Below are positions 28,792 to 37,484 of a stretch of 64,000 nt of DNA, one piece after another. Every line of letters begins with the position of its first letter. The stretch's first letter is position 1. Both the position numbers and the translations under genes were made by a program. The notes under the pieces were generated by a model that had not been told where the DNA came from, ran no database searches, and worked only from the letters and a program-made list of their open reading frames with translations. The stretch lies in the NCBI GenBank assembly GCA_965276785.1, contig OZ255629.1, positions 3,020,391 through 3,084,390 of the forward strand, written 5' to 3'. Source of the DNA: Acetobacteraceae bacterium. Its GTDB lineage: Bacteria; Pseudomonadota; Alphaproteobacteria; Acetobacterales; Acetobacteraceae.

Positions 28792-29520
28792 CTATGAGCG
28801 CCGCAACCAGATCGGCATGCCCGGGACGTTCTTCGCAACGATCCGGACCAGGGTCTTCACCTGCGGGTGCCGCGCGACGTAGTCCCTGACCCAGGTCCCG
28901 CGATGGGGCATGAGCCATGCGAGCGCCGCCTGCCGCCAGGCCGGGTGGGCCGAGAGCGCGTACGCCACGGCCTGCGGGAGCTGCCAGACTCGCCCGTCGC
29001 GCCAATGCTCGAGTTGGGCGGTCAGCACCGCGGTGAGCATCATCGGGTCGCGGTAGACCGGATCCGAGCCATCGATGAGTTCTTGGTAGCGCGCCAGGAG
29101 CGACTCGTACCTGGACGCGGGGTCGTCGTCGAGGTCGGCCATCTGACCCATGGCCTCTTGGAAGCCGTCCATGACGTAGTCGTCGATCGACGTCGCCGGG
29201 AACGGCAATCCCACGATCGGGGGCCGGATGCCCCCGTACCCCGATACTATCCGCAGGAGCGTCACCGGCCTGATCTCGAACAGGTGCGGCAGGTCGGGGT
29301 CCTGCACGGAAGCCCGGTCAAGCGCGGCGGCGCACCGGGCGCGCGCCTCCGGCGGATGGATGCCGGCCAAGCTGATGAGGGCGTTCCGTGGCAGCTCCCA
29401 GACGTCCCCGCGGCGCGCGAAGCGGAACCTCTCGCCGTAGGGCGTCATCAGGGTTCCGGTATCCCTACCGGGTGCGACCGTCCAATTCCCCTTGACCATC
29501 CTGATCTTCCATCGCGGCAT
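28792..29520 (-). CDS. Hypothetical protein (242 aa), divergent partner of the giant helicase gene
   Basis: An internal ATG at 29520 (MPRWKIRMVKGNWTV) sits in track ORF 28792..30213. Third-position G/C is strong from there on, while the upstream part is junk antisense to the helicase gene. Confidence 0.7.
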   Translation of the reverse strand: MPRWKIRMVKGNWTVAPGRDTGTLMTPYGERFRFARRGDVWELPRNALISLAGIHPPEARARCAAALDRASVQDPDLPHLFEIRPVTLLRIVSGYGGIRPPIVGLPFPATSIDDYVMDGFQEAMGQMADLDDDPASRYESLLARYQELIDGSDPVYRDPMMLTAVLTAQLEHWRDGRVWQLPQAVAYALSAHPAWRQAALAWLMPHRGTWVRDYVARHPQVKTLVRIVAKNVPGMPIWLRRS

Positions 29521-29644
29521 CGGACCCTCCCTGGGGGACGCATTCCCCCTTCCGGATGGTCGGTGGCCGACCCCCCACCGGTCGCGGTTGGCCAAGCGCC
29601 CGCGCCATGGTCTGTTGTCGGAACGAAGGAACAGGCGTGGATCG

Positions 29645-32600
29645 ATGACCCAGGACGAACTCGGCGGCAGCGTCGCCGACCAGCACACGCCACCACTGCA
29701 GGCCGTAGCGGACGCAGACCCGGCCGGAGCAAGCCGGCCCGCTACGCCCCGGGCACGGATCACCGCCCGGTTCCAGCCGGCCCTGAACGCGGCGCTATGG
29801 CAGAACCACGTGCCCGTGCTTTCCGAGCTGGCGATCGCCAACGCGAGCGATGAGCCGCTGGGGGACATCGAGATCGAACTCGGTTCACAGCCACCGGTGC
29901 TGCGGGCGCGGACGTGGCGGGCTGCGGGCCTCGCATCCGGCCAGATACTCGCCTTCGACGACCTGGACATCCCCATCGATGGCCCATTCCTGTCGGGCCT
30001 GTCCGAGGCGACCCGCGGCACGGTGTCGCTCACGGCCCGCAGCGGGGGCGAGATCGTCGGCGAGTTCACCCAGGACATCCGCATCCTCGCCTTCAACGAG
30101 TGGGGCGGCACGGCGGGCATCCCCGACATCCTCGCCGCCTTCGTCCAGCCGAACGACCCGGCGGTCGCCCGCATCATCCACGCCGCCTCGGACCTCCTGC
30201 GGGCAAGCGGCAAGCCAGACTCGTTCGAGGGCTACCAGGGCAGCAGCAAGACCCGCGTCTGGGAACAGGCGCAGGCGATCTGGAACGCGGTCTGCCGGAT
30301 GGACCTACGCTACATCAACCCGCCACCATCCTTCGTCGGCGGCGGCCAACGCATCCGCACCGCACGCCAGATCGGCGAGGAGCGGCTGGCGACCTGCCTC
30401 GACTTGGCGGTGCTGTTCTGCTCCTGCCTGGAGGCGGCCGGGCTCCGCCCGCTGATCGTGCTGCAGCGGGAGCACGCATTCGCCGGCGTGTGGCTGTCGA
30501 AGGGCGACTTCGGCACGTCCACCGTGGACGATGCGCCGGGCTTGCGGACCCGGCTCAAGCTCGACGACCTCAAGCTGTTCGAGGCGACCGGCACGACCCA
30601 TGCCCGCAAGCCCAGCTTCCAGCAGGCGACGCTCGCCGGCGCCGCCCATGTCGAGCCTGAGAAGGACGCCGAGTTCGAGGGGCTGATCGACATCCATCGT
30701 GCCCGCCAGCGGCGCATCCTGCCCCTGGCGAGTGCCGCGACCGGCTACGCCTTCCAGGCCGGCGCCATGGACGCGGCCGAACTCGCGCTGCCGGCCATCG
30801 AGGACGCGCCGCCGCTACGCGACGACGTGCCGACGGCCGATGAACCGCCGCCCGCGAGCGCCGAGGATCGGCTCGACCGCTGGCGCAAGCGGCTGCTGGA
30901 CCTTTCCGGCCGCAACCGCCTGCTGAACCTGCCGGCGTCCGGGCGCCAGGTGCTCTGGGTGGACTGCCCGGACGCCGCCAAGCTGGAGGACCGTCTGGCG
31001 GAGATGCGCGGCAAGGCCCGCGCTGCGTCGCTGAAGTTCCGCCCCTGGCCCGACCTGATGGGCGATGCCGACCCACGCAGCGCGGCACTGCACCGCAACC
31101 GGCTGCAGGAGGATGCCAACCTCGCCTTCGCGCGGGACGCCATGGCCAAGGGCGAGCTGGTGGTGGGGCGGGACGAGGCGTCCCTGCAGGCGTCGCTGAC
31201 CGACATCTACCGCAAGGCGCGCGCCGACCAGCAGGAAGGCGGCTCGAACACGCTGTTCCTGACGATCGGGACCTTGCTGTGGCGCCGGGAGGACCGCGAG
31301 ACGCCATACCGGGCGCCGCTGATCCTGGTGCCGGTCGTGCTGGAGCGTCCGAGCGTGCGCTCGGGGTTCGTGCTGCGGGTGCACGATGATGAGACCCGGC
31401 TGAACTCGACGCTGCTCGAGATGCTGCGCCAGGAGTTCGCCCTCCAGTTCCCGACGCTGGAAGCCGAACGGCCGCCGGAGGACGAGGCCGGGTTCGACGT
31501 GCCCGCCATCATGGACACCTTCCGGTCCAAGCTGCGCGACGTCCGTGGCTGGGAGGTCCGGGACGAGGTGGCGCTGACCACCTTGTCGTTCACCAAGTTC
31601 CTGATGTGGAAGGACCTTGCCGACAGGGCTGAGGCGCTGCGCGGCAACGTCGTCTCGCGCCGGCTGATGGATGGGCCGGCACCCGAGGTCGACACAGCGT
31701 CAGGGACTGGCGGCGAGCGCCATCCGATCGGCGGCATGCTGGACGATGAGCTGGCCGCGGCGGACCTGTACTGCCCATTGGAGGGCGACTCGTCGCAGTT
31801 GCGGGCGGTGGCGCGGGCGGCCGCCGGCGAGAGCTTCGTGCTGATCGGGCCGCCCGGCACGGGCAAGAGCCAGACCATCGCCAACATCGTCGCCAACACG
31901 CTGGCCCAGGGCCGGACGGCCCTGTTCGTGGCGGAGAAGCGGGCGGCGCTGGAGGTGGTGCAGCGGCGGCTCAAGAGCGTCGGGATGGCCGATTTCTGCC
32001 TCGACCTGTTCTCCAGCAAGGTCAGCAAGACCGCCGTGCTCGGCCAGCTGGAGCGCGCCCAATCCGTGTCCGAGGCGGATGGCGGACGGGACTGGGCCGC
32101 CGCCAAGGCGGACCTCGCGAGCCTTCGCGAGGAGCTGAACGGGTACGTGCGCGAGCTGCACAAGCCGGGGCGGAACGGTTGGACGCCGTTCCGCGCGATC
32201 GGCGCCGTGCTGCGGGCCGCCGATGGCGGCGTCCCCGAGATCGCACTGGCATGGCCCCACTCCGACGTGCACGACGCCGGGGACTGGCGGCGGCTGGTGG
32301 AGGCGGTCGAGGAAGCGCGGGAGGTGCTGCGCCGGGCCGGCGACGCCGTGCGCATGCCGGCCCTTGCAGGTATCGACCAGGCGGAGTGGTCGCCCGTCTG
32401 GCAGACCCGCCTGCTGGAAGCGGCGCGGCACGCGGCCATGCGACTGGACGAGTTGGAACAGGCGGTCGGCGCCGCCTGCCGAACGCTGAAGCTCGGCGAC
32501 TACGTCCGTTCGCGGCCCAGCTTGCAGCGCTTGGTGGCGCTGGCCGGCCAGTTGACCGACCCGATCGGCCCGGAGGCGGCATGGGCGCTGTCCGAGGACG

Positions 32601-35600
32601 CCGCGGACCTGCACGAGGCGGTCCAGGCAGTGGCCACCCAGGCAAGCCGGCATCGCGAGATACGCCAGGCGCTCACGGGATCATGGCGACCCGGCGTATA
32701 CGCCCTGCCGCTGGCGGCGCTGCGGTCCGACTGGCGCGCGGCCGGCGAGAAGTGGGCGCTGCCGCGGAGCATGGCGCAGCGGGCGGTGCGCAAGCGGCTC
32801 GCGTCCGAGGCGGACGGCCCGGTGCCCGAGGATTGCGGCCCCGACCTCGACCGGCTGCTGGAGATCCAGCAGATCGACGCATCCGTCGCGGCCACCCCGC
32901 ATACGACGGCGCTGGGCCGGGCGTGGCGCGGGATCGACACGGATTTCCTGCGGATGCAGGCGGCCCATGAGTGGGGTCGGCGTATCCGGTCGGCCACGGC
33001 GTCGTGCACGCAGGACGCGGCGGACTTGGCCGGCCTGCGGGCCCTCATCCGCCAGTTGGTCGGCGAGGCGGCCGACCTCCTGGCGCCGTCCGGCTCTGCC
33101 GGGGCCGTCCTGGCTCGCCTGACCGACGCCTGGGTAGTGGCGGAAGCGGCACTGGAGGCCGTGGCGGCGCTCGCTGGCAGCCCGGCCGCTCGCCTGGTGC
33201 CCGAGGACCGGGCGGAATGGCTGGCCGCCTTGTCGCAGCACCTGACTGGATGGTCCGCCGCCGTGCGATCGATCCAGGAGTGGTGCGCTTGGCGCGGGGT
33301 GTCGCAGTCGGCCGAGGCGCAAGGCTTGGGGCCGCTGGTCCGGGCCATGGAAGACGGCATCGTCGCGCCGGGCGATGCGGTCCGCGCGCTGGAGGCGAAC
33401 TACGCCCGCTGGTGGATAGACCTCGCCGTCGATGCGGCACCCAAGCTGCGCGGCTTCGTCGCGGCCCGGCACGAGACGCGTATCGAGCGTTTCCGCATTC
33501 TGGACGCGCGCATGCTGGAGCTGTCCAGCCGGGTCGCCCGCGCCCGGATCGCCGCCGCCATCCCCAACGCGGTGCAGCGCCACGCCGACCCTGAATACGC
33601 TGTGCTCACCCGCGAGCTCGCCAAGCGCCAGCGCCACTTGCCGGTCCGCCAGTTGGCCTCGCGCATGCCGAAGGCGCTGCGCCGGCTGACGCCCTGCCTG
33701 ATGATGAGCCCGCTCTCCGTGGCGCAATACCTGCCGGCGGACGCGGAGCCGTTCGACCTCGTGATCTTCGACGAGGCCTCGCAGATCACGACCTGGGACG
33801 CCATCGGCGCGGTCGGGCGCGGGCGCCAGGTGATCGTCGTGGGCGACCCGCGGCAGCTGCCGCCGACCAGCTTCTTCGAGCGGCGCAGCGGCGAGGAGGA
33901 CGGGGCCGCGGTCGAGGTGGAGACGCACGACCTGGACTCCATCCTCGACGAGTGCCTAGGCGCCGGCATCCAGAACGTCGAACTGACCTGGCACTACCGC
34001 AGCCGGCACGAGAGCCTGATCGCATTCTCGAACCAGGTCTATTACGGCGGCCGCCTGGTCACCTTTCCCTCGCCCGTGACGAGGGATGACGCGGTGTCGT
34101 TCCGTCACGTCGCCGATGGCGTGTATGCCCGGGGCGGCGCGCGCACCAACGAGCGCGAGGCCAGGGCCGTGGTCGCAGAGGCGCTGGCCGTCCTGCGCGC
34201 ACCCGAACCGAAGTCGCTCGGTATCGTCACGTTCAACGCCGAGCAGCAGGGACTGATCGAGGATCTGTTCGACAAGGCGCGGCGCGATGATCCGGCACTC
34301 GAACGGCACTTCGCCGACGAGGCGGCCGAGCCCGTGCTGGTGAAGAACCTCGAAGGGATCCAGGGCGAGGAGCGCGACGTCATGCTGTTCTCGCTCACCT
34401 ACGGCCCGGACGCGACGGGACGCATCGCGCTAAACTTCGGGCCGCTCAACCTATCGGGCGGCGAGCGCCGGCTCAACGTCGCCGTGACCCGGGCGCGCGA
34501 GCGGTTGGTCGTGTTCGGCAGCGTGCGGGCGGAGCAGTTGGACCTGTCGCGCACGGGCGCGGTGGGCGTGCGACACCTCAAGCAATTTCTATCCTTCGCC
34601 GAGCACGGCGCGCGGTCGTTCGCCACGGCCGATCGGGGCTCCCTGGGTGATCACGAGAGCCCGTTCGAGGCGGAGGTGGCCGAACGGCTCCGCCGGCTGG
34701 GATGGACGGCGCACCCGCAGGTCGGCGTGTCGGGCTTCCGCGTCGATCTCGGCATCGTCGATCCGGATGCGCCGGGGGCCTACCTCGCCGGCGTCGAGTG
34801 CGACGGCGCCACCTACCACCGCGGCGCCACCGCGCGGGACCGCGACCGGCTGCGACAGCACGTGCTCGAGGCGCTCGGCTGGCGCATCCTGCGCGTGTGG
34901 TCGACCGACTGGTGGACCAACGCCGCCCGGGAGGCGGACAGGCTGCACGCGCAGCTCGGCGACGCGCTGGGAAGGGCGTGCGCCATGAGGGCCGAGAGGG
35001 CCGAGCCGACGGGCGCACCGCCTGACGCGGGCGACCCGCTACTCAATGGAACCGAGACGCTGGACGACGGCGGAGCGGTGTTGCCGCCCCTGGACGCCGA
35101 TCTCATGCCTCATGACGACGCGGGGCCGGTGCCAGAGCCTGACCTCTTCTACGATCCCGCCTACCGGGATCGCCTGGGTGCGCTTGTCGCGGAGCTGTTG
35201 CGTAAGCAGGGGCCGTTGCGAGAGGACCGGCTGGTCCAGGCCGTTGCCCGCCTACACGGCTTCGGCCGGGCCGGCCGCGAGATCAGGGATCGGGTGATGG
35301 CCGTCCTGCCGGACACCAGCGCGGTCACGACCGAGGACATCGGCCGCTTCGTCTGGCCGCCGGGCATCGATCCCGCTTCCTGGGACGACTTCCGTTCACC
35401 GGTTGTCGGTCGTGCTGTCGATCCGGCGGAGATACCGATGCCGGAGCTGGTCGCATTGGCCCGGCGCTGCATGATGCCCGGCATGACGGATGACACCATC
35501 CTTATCGCGATGCGCGATGCCTGCGGCCTACAACGGCTACGCGAGACCGTCCGGAACCGCTGTGTCGCGGCGCTCGCGGCTGGGCGGGGCCAAGCTAACC

Positions 35601-35605
35601 CCTGA
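29645..35605 (+). CDS. Giant (~1,986 aa) SF1 (Upf1/Dna2-like) helicase. It has an N-terminal transglutaminase-like region, a DUF4011-like region, a Vsr/DUF559-like endonuclease domain and a DUF3320-like C-terminus.
   Basis: ATG at 29645. The TGase-like pattern is ATCLDLAVLF...GLRPLIVLQREHAFAGVW (Cys codon 30395-30397, His codon 30473-30475). Also LLDLSGRNRLLNL, Walker A GPPGTGKS (31847-31870), DEASQ (33770-33784), VVGDPRQLPP and NVAVTRARE. The nuclease-like block is FEAEVAERL...VDLGIVD...GVECDGATYH...RVWSTDWW (34661-34915). Confidence 0.9.
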   Translation: MTQDELGGSVADQHTPPLQAVADADPAGASRPATPRARITARFQPALNAALWQNHVPVLSELAIANASDEPLGDIEIELGSQPPVLRARTWRAAGLASGQILAFDDLDIPIDGPFLSGLSEATRGTVSLTARSGGEIVGEFTQDIRILAFNEWGGTAGIPDILAAFVQPNDPAVARIIHAASDLLRASGKPDSFEGYQGSSKTRVWEQAQAIWNAVCRMDLRYINPPPSFVGGGQRIRTARQIGEERLATCLDLAVLFCSCLEAAGLRPLIVLQREHAFAGVWLSKGDFGTSTVDDAPGLRTRLKLDDLKLFEATGTTHARKPSFQQATLAGAAHVEPEKDAEFEGLIDIHRARQRRILPLASAATGYAFQAGAMDAAELALPAIEDAPPLRDDVPTADEPPPASAEDRLDRWRKRLLDLSGRNRLLNLPASGRQVLWVDCPDAAKLEDRLAEMRGKARAASLKFRPWPDLMGDADPRSAALHRNRLQEDANLAFARDAMAKGELVVGRDEASLQASLTDIYRKARADQQEGGSNTLFLTIGTLLWRREDRETPYRAPLILVPVVLERPSVRSGFVLRVHDDETRLNSTLLEMLRQEFALQFPTLEAERPPEDEAGFDVPAIMDTFRSKLRDVRGWEVRDEVALTTLSFTKFLMWKDLADRAEALRGNVVSRRLMDGPAPEVDTASGTGGERHPIGGMLDDELAAADLYCPLEGDSSQLRAVARAAAGESFVLIGPPGTGKSQTIANIVANTLAQGRTALFVAEKRAALEVVQRRLKSVGMADFCLDLFSSKVSKTAVLGQLERAQSVSEADGGRDWAAAKADLASLREELNGYVRELHKPGRNGWTPFRAIGAVLRAADGGVPEIALAWPHSDVHDAGDWRRLVEAVEEAREVLRRAGDAVRMPALAGIDQAEWSPVWQTRLLEAARHAAMRLDELEQAVGAACRTLKLGDYVRSRPSLQRLVALAGQLTDPIGPEAAWALSEDAADLHEAVQAVATQASRHREIRQALTGSWRPGVYALPLAALRSDWRAAGEKWALPRSMAQRAVRKRLASEADGPVPEDCGPDLDRLLEIQQIDASVAATPHTTALGRAWRGIDTDFLRMQAAHEWGRRIRSATASCTQDAADLAGLRALIRQLVGEAADLLAPSGSAGAVLARLTDAWVVAEAALEAVAALAGSPAARLVPEDRAEWLAALSQHLTGWSAAVRSIQEWCAWRGVSQSAEAQGLGPLVRAMEDGIVAPGDAVRALEANYARWWIDLAVDAAPKLRGFVAARHETRIERFRILDARMLELSSRVARARIAAAIPNAVQRHADPEYAVLTRELAKRQRHLPVRQLASRMPKALRRLTPCLMMSPLSVAQYLPADAEPFDLVIFDEASQITTWDAIGAVGRGRQVIVVGDPRQLPPTSFFERRSGEEDGAAVEVETHDLDSILDECLGAGIQNVELTWHYRSRHESLIAFSNQVYYGGRLVTFPSPVTRDDAVSFRHVADGVYARGGARTNEREARAVVAEALAVLRAPEPKSLGIVTFNAEQQGLIEDLFDKARRDDPALERHFADEAAEPVLVKNLEGIQGEERDVMLFSLTYGPDATGRIALNFGPLNLSGGERRLNVAVTRARERLVVFGSVRAEQLDLSRTGAVGVRHLKQFLSFAEHGARSFATADRGSLGDHESPFEAEVAERLRRLGWTAHPQVGVSGFRVDLGIVDPDAPGAYLAGVECDGATYHRGATARDRDRLRQHVLEALGWRILRVWSTDWWTNAAREADRLHAQLGDALGRACAMRAERAEPTGAPPDAGDPLLNGTETLDDGGAVLPPLDADLMPHDDAGPVPEPDLFYDPAYRDRLGALVAELLRKQGPLREDRLVQAVARLHGFGRAGREIRDRVMAVLPDTSAVTTEDIGRFVWPPGIDPASWDDFRSPVVGRAVDPAEIPMPELVALARRCMMPGMTDDTILIAMRDACGLQRLRETVRNRCVAALAAGRGQANP

Positions 35606-35682
35606 AGGGCCGTTGACCGCGCTGGTCCGCACCGAGGGACAAGGGGCTGCTTGCCATAGCAACTGCCGGGACCGCGTCGGGA

Positions 35683-36351
35683 TCATCCTGGCAGACTGGG
35701 AGGACCGCTCCGGGGACCCGACACGTATGCCACGTCGAACCCGTCCGCGCCTTCCGGACCGAGCAACGACAATGGATCCACGTCCAGATCCAGCCACGTC
35801 GACCAGTCCGCCCAGGCCAGCACGACCGGGGCGCGATCGTGGTAGGCGTTCGACGCCGAGCCGGCCGGCTGCGTCACGATGGTGAAGCTCTCGACCTCGC
35901 CGACATCCGTCGTGGTGCAGCGGTCCCACAGGCCGGCGAGGCAGATCGGCGGATCGCCCTTGGGCGTGAACAGCCACTTGGCCTTCTGGCCCTTGGCGCC
36001 CGTCCACTCGTACCAGCCCTCCGCCGGCACGAGGCAGCGGCGGCGTTTGAAGCTGTCCCTGAAGGTGCGGCTGGTGGAGACCGTCTCGGACCGGGCGTTG
36101 AACGTCGCCAACTTGAAGTCTTTCAGGGCGCCCTCGTGCCACCATGGCACCAGCCACCAGCGCGCTTGCACCATCTCCACCCCGTCGTCGCGGCGGCGGA
36201 AGATGGGCGATCGGTCCGTGGGGCGCACCTCGGCGCGCGGCTCAAGGTTGGGCGCGTCGTGGGGTTCCGGGAAGCGCAGCGGCAGCCGCGTCTTGCTGAA
36301 TTCCTCGACGTAGGCCCGGTACGCCTTCTGGCGCTGGTAGTTGGAGCACAT
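35683..36351 (-). CDS. SOS-response-associated peptidase (SRAP / YedK family, abasic-site crosslinking protein)
   Basis: The start is MCSNY, so the catalytic Cys is residue 2. The family pattern is ...FNARSETV...FRDSFKRRRCLVPAEGWYEW...HDRAPVVL. Confidence 0.9.
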   Translation of the reverse strand: MCSNYQRQKAYRAYVEEFSKTRLPLRFPEPHDAPNLEPRAEVRPTDRSPIFRRRDDGVEMVQARWWLVPWWHEGALKDFKLATFNARSETVSTSRTFRDSFKRRRCLVPAEGWYEWTGAKGQKAKWLFTPKGDPPICLAGLWDRCTTTDVGEVESFTIVTQPAGSASNAYHDRAPVVLAWADWSTWLDLDVDPLSLLGPEGADGFDVAYVSGPRSGPPSLPG

Positions 36352-36652
36352 GGCGGGATCATAGCGCGACGGGCAGCTGGAGCGAGTAGGCGGAGGTGCA
36401 AGCCGGGGCGCCGGCGCGATGAGCGGCCGGCGCGAGCGCGTCTCCACGTAGCGAGGCGGCCGGCACCACGTGGTCGCGGTCCTGCACCTAGCGCACCATC
36501 GAGATCGTCTGCGCCCGCCCGCTACATCCTTGGCGCTGGGGCGCAACCCGCCCGACCGATGCCAGCTCGGCGGCGGTCGACCGGCCCTCCCCTGCCGACC
36601 AGCGTGAGAAGTGGCCAGCCGCTCGACTGTCTGGCAGCCGGCGGGCTGATTG

Positions 36653-36985
36653 CCGGTTCGGCTGATCGAACCGGTTCACAGAAGCGGACCGCTACGGCCG
36701 CGATCTGGCAACCCATTGTGCCTGCTTCGATTCCTTCCAGCGGACATCCGTCCTGCTTGCACCAGGTCCCTGAACCAGCGTGGACCGAAGACGGTCGGCC
36801 GGTTCAGTGACCTGGTTCAGACTTGGCCATGCTGGTCCACGCTCTGGATCGGCATAGTACATTGATTCATACATTATATCTGAGAGTGGCGCTGGGTCGG
36901 GCCAACAACTGGAGCGCTGAACTGGTTCATCGAACAAGGAGCAATATCAACGAGTTGAGCCCTGATGAACCGGTTGGATGGTTCA
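36653..36985. repeat. Cluster of iteron-like 8-mers CYGGTTCA in a non-coding region
   Basis: Exact copies are at 36671-78(+), 36771-78(-), 36799-806(+), 36812-19(+), 36922-29(+) and 36966-73(-). One-mismatch copies are at 36653-60, 36978-85 and 37032-39. A 10-bp palindrome GAACCGGTTC is at 36668-77. A visibly AT-richer stretch follows (about 36850-37300). Confidence 0.8.
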
Positions 36986-37484
36986 AGGATACCTACAGGG
37001 TGTCGCTGGAGCCGCAGAGCCGATTCTTCGGCTGGTTGGCCGCAACCACCACTGGGTAACAAGGATGATCCTGACCGCTAACAATGCTCAGCAACGCTGG
37101 CTCGATTGTATGAACGATTTCAACTTACTAGGGGCTAGAAGAAGGGACCGCTCTCGTCGTGGTTCCGGTCCAAGTGAAGCACTGGAAGTTGTTAGTGAAG
37201 GTGATCTGCGGCGATAGCTATCCTATTGCCACCAGTGACTTAGCATGCTCATGAATACTTCGAGCTTCACATATCAGTCTTTTCGGCGCGCTGAGTCGTA
37301 ACAACGGGCGTGAATGACATCGCGTCGGTCGACGCGAACACTTCGCCTGGCTCAGGGCACGTGTGATGGCGGAAGCGAGCGGCGGTGCTGACGGCAAGCA
37401 TCGACGCCGTTGGCGCGATGGAGTGGAGCGGGTCTCGCGGCAACGGCGACAGACCTCGGGGACGAGACGGACCTCGAAGCCCGT

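Noticed and set aside
36978-37217. A 79-aa ORF in the AT-rich region downstream of the replicase
   Set aside because: It shows no third-position G/C bias, no RBS and no motif. The region is better explained as a non-coding origin or regulatory region.
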